From an uncultured Nitrososphaeraceae archaeon (GTDB lineage Archaea; Thermoproteota; Nitrososphaeria; Nitrososphaerales; Nitrososphaeraceae): a DNA stretch of 64,000 nucleotides. Positions 46,198 to 55,192 of this stretch are shown in pieces. The stretch is from NCBI GenBank assembly GCA_963825865.1, contig CAWGVG010000062.1, positions 64,001 through 128,000 on the forward strand, in the 5' to 3' direction. The position numbers and the translations under genes were made by a program. The notes beneath the pieces were generated by a model. The model did no database searches, was not told where the DNA came from, and saw only the letters and a program-made list of their open reading frames with translations. Position 1 is the stretch's first letter. Each line of letters starts with the position of its first letter.

Positions 46198-46449
46198 ATG
46201 GGAAAAAACGAACCGGAACAACAACAAGGAATGGCATCAGCAACTCAGTGGGCAGATCTTATCGGACAGCTTTTCGATAGACTAACAGGAAAAGGAGCGG
46301 TAATATCATATAGTTTTAAAAACTTGGAAGTAGACATTCCAAAAGCAGCAGGTCCACAAGGGCAGACATTGGGTAGTGCTAAATGGGTGGTTAATGGTGA
46401 GTTAGTCATAAAAGCTCAAGCTCAGACATCCAGTGAAATAGGGAGATAA
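46198..46449 (+). CDS. Conserved small hypothetical protein
   Basis: WADLIGQLFDRLTGK..AKWVVNG; divergent from the Cys/His small ORF. Confidence 0.65.
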   Translation: MGKNEPEQQQGMASATQWADLIGQLFDRLTGKGAVISYSFKNLEVDIPKAAGPQGQTLGSAKWVVNGELVIKAQAQTSSEIGR

Positions 46450-46462
46450 ATAACAAAGAATA

Positions 46463-47508
46463 GAATCTCTTGCGTAATTAGCAGCTATAGTCTAACACCC
46501 TACTTGTTTTAGCCGTCTTCTTAGATTGAAATGCTGTCAGACTGTATAACTCTGAAGTTCAGGAGACCGGATATTATATCAGATACGTTATTGTACTTCC
46601 TTAATCTGTTTCTAAATTTAGTACCCATTATTCCAAACTTTTTGATCTTACATATGGTATGTTCTACTATGATCCTTAGCCTAGAATGATTCTTGTTGTA
46701 AGTTCTTTCATCACATGAAAGCAATGTACCCTTTTTCTTTTTGATACGAAGTACAGACTTTACAGTGGGAAAGTCCTTTTCAATGCCAAGATAACCAAGA
46801 ATCAACTATGTTTTCAACTTGTGATGGAGTTATAGAATGATTGTGTTTGTAAATGTCATAATCATGTTTTCTTCCACTTCTGTGACCTGTCTTATGCAGT
46901 ATCAATCCTTCACTGTTTACCATCAATTGTGTCTTGACAGTATGTTTCTTCTTTCTACCTGAATAGTAACTCTTCCTTCTTCTTTTGTTCTTAGGTCTTG
47001 GAATTTCTTGTTCTGTAGAGTCTATGAAAGCCTTGAATCCAGGAAAGTACTCTTCTACTTCATCTATAGTTCTTAATCTCCTAGTACGTTTGTATATCTT
47101 CTTTGGCAATGGAATACACTCCTTGATAAGTGGTTCCATCATTGATATATCTCTACAAACATTGCTTTGATCAAGGTCAAACAGAAATCCTGATAATGTA
47201 TATGTAATGTATAATCTGTAGTATACTAGAAGCATAACGAATCTTTCTTTAACTTTAAGCTTAAATGGTCTACCAGCACCTATATCCCGTATTCTCGTCC
47301 TTGATAGAAGACGTCTTCTTTCGTGCTCTTCGTAGTTATGTTCAATTTCGTTACAAATGGATTCAAATTCAGATACAGTTACTCCGGTAAATGACCTGAA
47401 TATCAAAGGTTTCTTACATAATTTGCTATAGGACATCAAAGAGCTTGTCAGATAGATATCCTATGTGAAGAGGAATATAGCTCTAAGCTTCTAATTACAC
47501 AAGAGATC
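46463..47508 (-). mobile_element. IS5-family-like insertion sequence, about 1.05 kb
   Basis: 22-bp imperfect terminal inverted repeats ATCTCTTG(C/T)GTAATTAG(C/A)AGCT at 46465-46486 and 47486-47507; TA on both flanks. Confidence 0.85.
46521..47439 (-). CDS. IS5-family DDE transposase (HTH_Tnp_4 plus DDE_Tnp_4); frameshift near 46800
   Basis: FRSFTG, GRPFKL, FIDSTEQ, YYSGRKKKHTVK, D.GYLG and RIIVEH. Confidence 0.88.
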
Positions 47509-47777
47509 TAGTATACCAATTCCGATCCTTGAGGTGAAATACAGAAGAAGTAGAGATTACAAAGAAAGGTCGGATCGGAATCAGTATATATGGGTTTCTT
47601 CTCGTTAATCTCTAAATCTCTCGGATAGATATGGACACACAAAATAATAAACTTTTCAGATGATAGTTTGTTTGCATCCTTCGAAAAGTCATTTCTAAAT
47701 AATGTTGCATTCGAATCTCTTACTATTTCTCTAATTAAAAATATTATTACTATCAGATGTTCTTCCTCCGGCTCCAT
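47508..47777 (-). CDS. Hypothetical protein, possibly truncated by the IS
   Basis: Stop codon coincides with the IS right end. Confidence 0.3.
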   Translation of the reverse strand: MEPEEEHLIVIIFLIREIVRDSNATLFRNDFSKDANKLSSEKFIILCVHIYPRDLEINEKKPIYTDSDPTFLCNLYFFCISPQGSELVY

Positions 47778-48157
47778 CTTTGATTTGTCAGTATTATCAG
47801 ATTCAAAATGTATTTGGAATGCTATTGGGTGGCCATTATCAGTTACTTGTATTGTTGTGTTTGCTGATTGTGAAGAGATAATAGAAACATTACTTAAATA
47901 CTAACACCTCGGTATATAAATGAATTAGCAGAAGAATTAGCCCATGATGCAGAAACAACTGTTCCTATAATCAATAAAAATGTTCCTACGATTAAAACGT
48001 TGTAACATAACCTAATGCTACCAGATAGGTTGTTGTTGTTGATTGATGATTGTAAATGCTGCCTCTACATTAAGGCCATTCCTTAACAGCCAGCCAGTAA
48101 ATCGCTTTTTATGCAATGTCCCGGCTGCTATCTTCCTCTTTCTGTAAATTACTATCG

Positions 48158-48547
48158 TCAACCGTCAATATGCGATAAGATTTTTGTCTGCATCTGAGAC
48201 TTAGAAGTAGCTCCAACAAAGCCGTCCACATTATTGCCATTCTTGAAAATAGCTATGGTGGGTATGCTCCGTATTCCAACAGCATTTGCAATTCTAGGAT
48301 TTTCATCCACATTCACCTTTCCAAACACAACCTTTCCGGAAAGTTCGCGTGCAAGTTGTTCTATTATCGGAGATACCATTCTGCAAGGACCACACCAAGG
48401 CGCCCAAAAATCAACTACCAATAGAGGATATTTATTTACAGATTCAGCAAAGTTAGCGTCTGTTACTATAATAGGAGTATCAATTACCACTACCTTAGCA
48501 TTACTACTATTATTATTCCTAGCTAAATCGTTCATCTTTTTTGCCAT
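48158..48547 (-). CDS. trxA: Thioredoxin (5' end abuts a rearrangement junction)
   Basis: DFWAPWCGPC active site and IRSIPT. Confidence 0.92.
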   Translation of the reverse strand: MAKKMNDLARNNNSSNAKVVVIDTPIIVTDANFAESVNKYPLLVVDFWAPWCGPCRMVSPIIEQLARELSGKVVFGKVNVDENPRIANAVGIRSIPTIAIFKNGNNVDGFVGATSKSQMQTKILSHIDG

Positions 48548-48570
48548 AATATTACTTGGTTCATCATCCC

Positions 48571-49574
48571 GCGTAGATATTACTTGGTATAATGGAAATC
48601 AGAGGCAAAATAATTTTGTGATATCTGTTTCAAATGACGGCACTGCTTTTACGAATGTATTTACTGGGAAGAGTAGTGGAACAACTTTATCATCAGAGAA
48701 ATACAATTTACCTGCAAATACAGTTGGCCGATACGTAAGAATTACAGTCAATGGAAATACTCAAAATAACTATGCAAGCATAACAGAAATTGATGTTTAT
48801 GGAAGTAGTGGAGGTGCAGATACAACACCGCCAACAGTTGTCAGTACAAATCCAACTAACAACGCCACAGCAGTTCCAGTCAATGCATCTATAACTGCAA
48901 CATTTAGCGAACCAGTAAATAGTTCAACTATTACTGCTACTACTTTTACATTAAAGAGTGAAAACACTACTACCACTCCTGCTACCACCAAAAATGTTGT
49001 AGGTACAGTGTCTCTAAGTTCAGATGGCAAAACTGCTAGCTTTAAACCATCCTCAAACTTAGCCTTTTCTACCAAGCATATCGCTACAATTACTACAGGA
49101 GTAAAAGATCTTGCAGGTAATGCAATGACATTGCCTAAATCATGGTCATTTACTACTACTGCTGCTGCAGCCAACACCTGTACTAATCTTGCAATCAGTG
49201 ATGTCATAGCCAGCGGCAATGATTCTTCTGTTAATCTACCAAAAAATACCATAGATAACAACCTCAATACAAGGTGGTCAAACCTTGGTATTGGTTCATG
49301 GATAAGGCTTGACCTGGGCATACAGAAGGTTATCTGCAGCGTAGATATTGCTTGGTATAATGGAAATCAGAGGCAAAATAATTTTGTGATATCTGTTTCA
49401 AATGACGGAAGTACTTTTACGAATGTATTTACTGGGAAGAGTAGTGGAACAACTTTATCATCAGAGAAATACAATTTACCTGCAAATACAGTTGGCCGAT
49501 ACGTAAGAATTACAGTCAATGGAAATACTCAAAATAACTATGCAAGCATAACAGAAATTGATGTTTATGGAAGT
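48571..49574 (+). repeat. 236-bp near-identical direct repeat (48571-48806 and 49339-49574)
   Basis: About 4 mismatches by eye; encodes the duplicated discoidin segment. Confidence 0.9.
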
Positions 49575-50619
49575 GGCATAAGCACACCACAGCCACCTAT
49601 CGCAGATAAAAGTTACGACATTAATGTCAGTAATAAAATATTTTCCACTTACACCACAGGGAACAGTCGATGTTGATGTAACAGGAGAAACAACTCTTCA
49701 AGGAGTAAGTTATGAACACATTAGGCAGAAAACTATAGACATAACTGATAACTTAGTAGCAAGCTTAGAGAAAGCATCTACTTATCTTGGCTATAAAGAT
49801 TCTTTTGCAAAACCTGCCCTTCGTTATCACATTTTTGATACGATAGAGCATAAAGAACCAGTTCCAATTGCACCAAGACCTGGAAATCCGATAATTAATT
49901 ACAACGGAATAATGCTGGCACATGATATTTGTAATTATGTAGACAACAAAAATGTAAGGGAGGTATGGCTATTTGCATATCAAGGATTCCCTACTATAAA
50001 ATTGGTGGTTATGGAATCAAAAATGTCAGGACCTTTTGGAGACATAAGTAATCCTGGTGGAATAGATGATATGCCCCATTGTAAGCATACGTATATAGTA
50101 TACACGTTCAGTTATGGTAGAACTACAGCTGAAGCAGTAGAAGTCTGGGGCCACCAGTTAGAACATGAATTTAGTGCTATTAACCTTGATCTCTTTAGAA
50201 ACAAATTTCAAGGACTACCACATCCTGCCAATAAGACTGAAAATCCTGAAATGATTCCTGGCAGATGTGGTAGTGTTCACAATCCACCTAATGCAATACA
50301 TGAATATGACAGATGGAATTTAAGTTCATGGCCATCGGATTGTCTAGATTGGAATCCGGATGGTTTAGGAAAACTATCACAAATTAGCTGTCAAAATTGG
50401 GGCTGTGTTTTTCCAACTTGTGAAGTATATTTGTTTGACTTCTGGTGTAAACAATCTGACGCTAACCAGCCTCAACTTAAATATAATATATGGAACTCGC
50501 AGAATATGCCAGGCATAAACAACACGAAAACTTATCAAGGCCAACCTCTCAGAAGCTGGTGGGATGTATATGGTGATTTTGACAATGTTATGGCAAACAG
50601 CAGAAGGTTGACTAGATAG
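48571..50619 (+). CDS. 5'-truncated modular protein: partial F5/8 type C (discoidin), Big_5 Ig-like, F5/8 type C, then a putative metallopeptidase-like domain; frameshift near 49625
   Basis: VDIxWYNGNQRQNNFVISVS..GRYVRITVNGN..ASITEIDVYG twice; DTTPPTVVSTNP..ITATFSEPV..GVKDLAGN; C-terminal EVWGHQLEH. Confidence 0.75.
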
Positions 50620-50695
50620 TTTTGTCTTGCAGTATCTATAGAAGCTAGCTCTATCTCACTGGCTATTAGATAAATAAAGAATAAATCATAACAAT

Positions 50696-50857
50696 ATGTT
50701 AATAAGGAAACTTATAAAATATGAAATCAATACTAATAGATTATTTGTTGTAATTGTAGTAGCAGTAGCATTAGTGATGATGTCTGCAACCATTCGTTCA
50801 TCTATGCAACAAAGCAGCAGGCAACCATTTAAAAGAATAAAATGTAAATTATTGTAA
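50696..50857 (+). CDS. Possible 53 aa single-TM peptide
   Basis: ORF read by hand containing LFVVIVVAVALVMMSA; no homology recognised. Confidence 0.25.
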   Translation: MLIRKLIKYEINTNRLFVVIVVAVALVMMSATIRSSMQQSSRQPFKRIKCKLL

Positions 50858-51017
50858 ACCAATATTGGGAATTATTGTCTCATGTATCTAACTATAGGAA
50901 TATTTACAATAATAATAGCATATTTTGTATGATTTTAATCATATTTGTTTATTATGCATAATAATATATTGTTAGCATTCTTTATATATAAAAATTAGTT
51001 ATAGTCTTTATGATGCC

Positions 51018-51947
51018 TTGTCAACCATTAAAAAATATACAATATTCAACTATCCTAATGGAATAGTAAATGCTCAAGTTGCAGCAATAGCTTTTGCACA
51101 TACTATCATAAAATGTATATTTTTTGGAATAGTAGCAGTTACCGCTATTACAATAGTATCATTTGAAGTATTCCCATTGACAGCGGTTCCTTTAGTTACA
51201 ATAAGAAGAGAAGTACAGAATGTTGTTGCTCCTACTATTGACAATATTATTTATGGAAAATTAGAAGATGAGCATACTATAGGGTTAGTACCAACAACAA
51301 CAACAGTAGCAGCAGTATTTAAACAAACAATAAATAATATGGAATATTTTCAATCATCTAAAAATAATAATGATGATGATAATAATAAACTTGTTCATCA
51401 AGGTTTTAGAATAAAAAAAGTTGTTATTACCATGTTAGATGTAGAGGCTAAGAAAAAAGGTATCTCATTAAGTAATCTGGTCAATAAAATATTAGAAAAT
51501 CATGTTACGTGTGATATGTATTTTGAAGAATTAGGATTTATTCTGGTAAGCAAAGATTTTCTCCGAAAGGTGTTTGGTAGAATAAAAGAAGAGGAAGATG
51601 TACAAAATTATCTTATTGACGACAGCAGAGAACTTGGCCTAATAGCGGCTAAGGAATACATACCTTACTTTTATTCTGAATCCAATGATGATACTCTTGT
51701 TCAATTTCTAGACAAATGGTTTTGTAAGTTTCAATGTCATCAGCATAGAGTAGATAATGATAATAATTATAATAATCGACAACACCATTATTTTATAGTT
51801 AACCATGATATAAACATGAATTTCTCAATTGCTTTGAAAGCATTCCTAGAAGCATTAATTGAACCAATAATCAAAAGACCTGTTAAATTTAATAATCTTA
51901 CACCAAATACAATTTCATTTTCATTTGAAACGTTACCAAACTGTTGA
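51018..51947 (+). CDS. RHH-like regulator with C-terminal ligand-binding-like domain; start uncertain
   Basis: FRIKKVVITMLDVEAKKKGISLSNLVNKIL ribbon-helix-helix pattern; HDINMNFS C-terminus. Confidence 0.55.
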   Translation: MSTIKKYTIFNYPNGIVNAQVAAIAFAHTIIKCIFFGIVAVTAITIVSFEVFPLTAVPLVTIRREVQNVVAPTIDNIIYGKLEDEHTIGLVPTTTTVAAVFKQTINNMEYFQSSKNNNDDDNNKLVHQGFRIKKVVITMLDVEAKKKGISLSNLVNKILENHVTCDMYFEELGFILVSKDFLRKVFGRIKEEEDVQNYLIDDSRELGLIAAKEYIPYFYSESNDDTLVQFLDKWFCKFQCHQHRVDNDNNYNNRQHHYFIVNHDINMNFSIALKAFLEALIEPIIKRPVKFNNLTPNTISFSFETLPNC

Positions 51948-52478
51948 ACAATGTTTTCATGGATCTGGCAGACATAAAAAATAGATTTTCTTGCAGTCTC
52001 TGCTTTACAAGTGCCGCTGTAGTCGATGGTGATATCAGGTTTGTTTCCTTTCTTGTTGCCTAAGCAGGAAAATTGAAAGCCATAGTAATTTGAGAAGGAG
52101 AATGTTGAAAGCTTGAGCACAAGAATTGAAAAGCGGCGAAGGAGCAAAATAGCAGTGAAAAGCTAAAAAAAACACTTGTGAAATGGCTTATGCTCGAGAT
52201 AGCAAAAACACCAATATGTGTGTCTTACAATTTTAATAAACAATGATTTGACAGAGCAGTACTTAGTTAGTGGTTGCCCGAACTTGGTTGACCGTGTTCA
52301 TCACTTCTGTTAGGTTGCCTGTTTGCACTACCTGATGGATGAATAAAACTTGTAGCGACGTAATACTCAATTCTTATGATTGGTTACAAGTATCGAATCT
52401 TGGAAATACCTTACAACTACTCCAGACTAGGTTATCTGTTTTTGTATTTTTATATCTCTTATAGCATTGCTGAAATTT

Positions 52479-52952
52479 CTATTTGGTTTCTTCAGTTTTA
52501 TTATCACTTTCCTCGTCTTTATTTTGGTTATTTTTCTCAAGGTCTTTTCTTCTTGCTTCAATAATTTCATTAATCTCATAAGCTTTTTTCTTAAACTCCT
52601 CAGCATCTTTCATAGCCTTATTGAGTTGCTGATTTAATTCATCTTGGAGCGATTCTGTTTCCTTTATACGTTTACTTAATTCTATAATATTTTTTATATT
52701 TTGGTTTATTCCACTTTCTAATGAGAATATTTTATTCCTCATCATAACAAAAAATTCTGCATAATTCAGTGTAGTTTTTTGAAGGTGATGTATATCCGAA
52801 AATACGCGTTCTAACATCATCTTTACTTTGAAATCACCATACGTGATTGATGTATAATATTCATGAGCATCTTTATTCTGTGAATCATAATTTTCTTGGT
52901 TGGTTTTTCGCATATTTTCAACTTGTTTTTTATATCCATCATCAAAACTCAT
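52479..52952 (-). CDS. Coiled-coil hypothetical protein
   Basis: Heptad-rich, charged C-terminal half. Confidence 0.55.
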   Translation of the reverse strand: MSFDDGYKKQVENMRKTNQENYDSQNKDAHEYYTSITYGDFKVKMMLERVFSDIHHLQKTTLNYAEFFVMMRNKIFSLESGINQNIKNIIELSKRIKETESLQDELNQQLNKAMKDAEEFKKKAYEINEIIEARRKDLEKNNQNKDEESDNKTEETK

Positions 52953-52959
52953 TTCATTT

Positions 52960-53052
52960 TCAACCTGCTTGTTGTTGGATCCACAATTCTACAGCCTCCT
53001 CCAATGCTACGCTGATAGTCCCTTTTTTCATCCCCTTGTTATCTGCTGCTGC
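52960..53052 (-). pseudogene. 5'-truncated ribbon-helix-helix (CopG-like) gene remnant
   Basis: AAADNKGMKKGTISVALEEAVELWIQQQAG* preceded by an in-frame stop. Confidence 0.45.
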
Positions 53053-53629
53053 CTATATTTTAGATAAACTGAAGTCAGAAAATCAGCAATTGTATCGCAA
53101 ATTAAGGCTAAATGTTGTATGTGACAAAAAATGTGCGCGAGTTACCAGGAAAATATTATTTCAAGAGGAGTGCTCACATGCTCAAACTAATCGGGGGGTG
53201 GTAGATTAGCTTTCCGGTGTGGTGTATACTGTCCTTGTTGTTCCACAAAACTCAGGACACGGCCTAGAGATAACAAATGGCGTGCTAAACTGTTAATCGG
53301 AATCACAAGACATTAACTAACTCCATTGGCGGTAGTTTGTTTATTTTCTTTAGACCAGTTAGAATGGTTATGGTTCCAATTTGGTTTATACCCTTCTTTT
53401 AATAATAATATTTTCTTACATTTCTTAATCATTTAATCAAAATGTAATGTATTGTATTTGTATTTTTATATATACATTAGTCGTTATTCTTTTAGAAGCT
53501 ATACGCAAAGCGAAAAGAATCAAAATATTTCATGGCATTGAAGATGTAATAAATACAGAACTACAATTCTTCTCTAATGCATGAATTGATACTTGTATGA
53601 ATAACAACACCCCTGAGCAGAACAGTGTG

Positions 53630-53995
53630 TTAATTAGAGACAAGATTCCATGTTATTCTTCTATCATCTATTTCTATATTTGTCACAGGATCCACTGATG
53701 ATTCTATTACAATTTCTTGACCAACTTTATCTTCTATATACTCTTGAAAGTCTTTGATATCGTAAAACTCTCTATATGGTCTTCCTGATTCGAAAAGTCC
53801 GTTTATGTGTGTGTTAGTAGTATTATCATCGTGTACTTTTTTAGATGTTGAAAAATCTACAGGTGTTTTAAATGCAATTCCTATAATATAGTCTATAAAC
53901 CAAACGTCTTGGTCTTCTATTATATATGCATACTCTGCATTAGCAGCGTTACCAGTAGTAGCAGCAGATCTATCAGAATCTCTGTTTTGACTCAT
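53630..53995 (-). CDS. Acidic hypothetical protein
   Basis: Intact 121 aa ORF with TTTAAT upstream. Confidence 0.55.
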   Translation of the reverse strand: MSQNRDSDRSAATTGNAANAEYAYIIEDQDVWFIDYIIGIAFKTPVDFSTSKKVHDDNTTNTHINGLFESGRPYREFYDIKDFQEYIEDKVGQEIVIESSVDPVTNIEIDDRRITWNLVSN

Positions 53996-54318
53996 CCTAG
54001 TATACTAGAGATACAATGATTAAATGCTTATCATAATCTTCTTTTCGTATACTAATATTAATAAACAGGTCCTAGGATCAATATGCATCTGAGCCATATT
54101 TAGAACATTACCGTTTTCAGCAGAGCCATATATGAGGATACCTCTGGCGTCTTTGTGTGATAAGCTGACGCTCATTTTTGCTATTTTCAGTTGTTTGCAT
54201 AACAGGGTTGGGTTCTGTATTTCTTGAGCTCGTTATAGTTATACTCTTTATCGGGCTTTATTGTTAACTTATCGGGTCGTCCAACTGCCTGTTAACTGTT
54301 GGGTCATAAATCTGTAGT

Positions 54319-54504
54319 TTAACCTTTTGGTTGACGACTTTTATCAGCATAATCCCAAAGCTCTTTGGTACATTTCTCACACAGATCCATACTTTCAGAT
54401 AAATTGCTAATGTATCCAAATGCCTTATCAGTGGTTTCATCTATTTTTCCACATCTATCACATTTGAAAATTTTAGCCATTTTTGACATATCTATGACGT
54501 TCAA
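54319..54504 (-). CDS. Small zinc-finger protein, MGE/virus-like
   Basis: FKCDRCGK..MDLCEKC, two CxxC pairs. Confidence 0.6.
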   Translation of the reverse strand: MNVIDMSKMAKIFKCDRCGKIDETTDKAFGYISNLSESMDLCEKCTKELWDYADKSRQPKG

Positions 54505-54670
54505 ACTGAAAAGGATATCTATAAGAATAGTCGCCTCTTCCTCGGTTTAAAAAGCTGTAAAAAAGAATCAGATAGTCAGATATTATATACTTCTTTTATA
54601 TCTAATTTTTCGATTATATGATCCAGAAGGCAGTTTACTATCGCTTTATATTCTAAACTATTGGTTAACT

Positions 54671-54955
54671 CTAAGGCGAGTTAGCCGTTATTCCACCAGC
54701 ACTAGCGGATGCTCCCCCAGGACCAGCACTAGCTGTGGCACTGACACTTGCAGAATCATTTGTTGATGTAAAGTTTCTGCTTAAATCGCTAAACAAATTA
54801 TAGGAAATATTATGCTGTCCAGTCTCATTGTCATTACCCTGTTTGTTTAATGTAAAATTATTGGCAAGTACATAGTTAGATGATAATACATTTGAGAATG
54901 ATGTAAATATAACTATCATAAAAGTTATACTCAAGCATACTCGCAAACTTATCAT
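54671..54955 (-). CDS. Small secreted low-complexity protein
   Basis: Signal-peptide-like N-terminus; Ala/Ser/Gly tail. Confidence 0.45.
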   Translation of the reverse strand: MISLRVCLSITFMIVIFTSFSNVLSSNYVLANNFTLNKQGNDNETGQHNISYNLFSDLSRNFTSTNDSASVSATASAGPGGASASAGGITANSP

Positions 54956-55192
54956 ATGACTCAGATATCTAACTGAGAAAGTAATGGTCTATTCGTAATA
55001 TAAATCCTATGTAAATAAATTTCGGATTTAAAATATTTACATAATCTATGAATACGACTCATATAAAGATTTTAAAAATACAAGAATTCTGAGAAAATCT
55101 GACCATCTAACAATCTAAGACGAATTCTAATAGCTGTTAGCAACGTAGATATATTTCAGAATATCTTATAAACATTCTTCTATGTTTGGAGA

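Noticed and set aside
48234-48570. N-terminal part of the 480 aa ORF
   Set aside because: It is the antisense of thioredoxin; real coding similarity starts only at 48571.
53187-53209. CTAATC/GATTAG hairpin around a G run
   Set aside because: Only a 6-bp stem, expected by chance.
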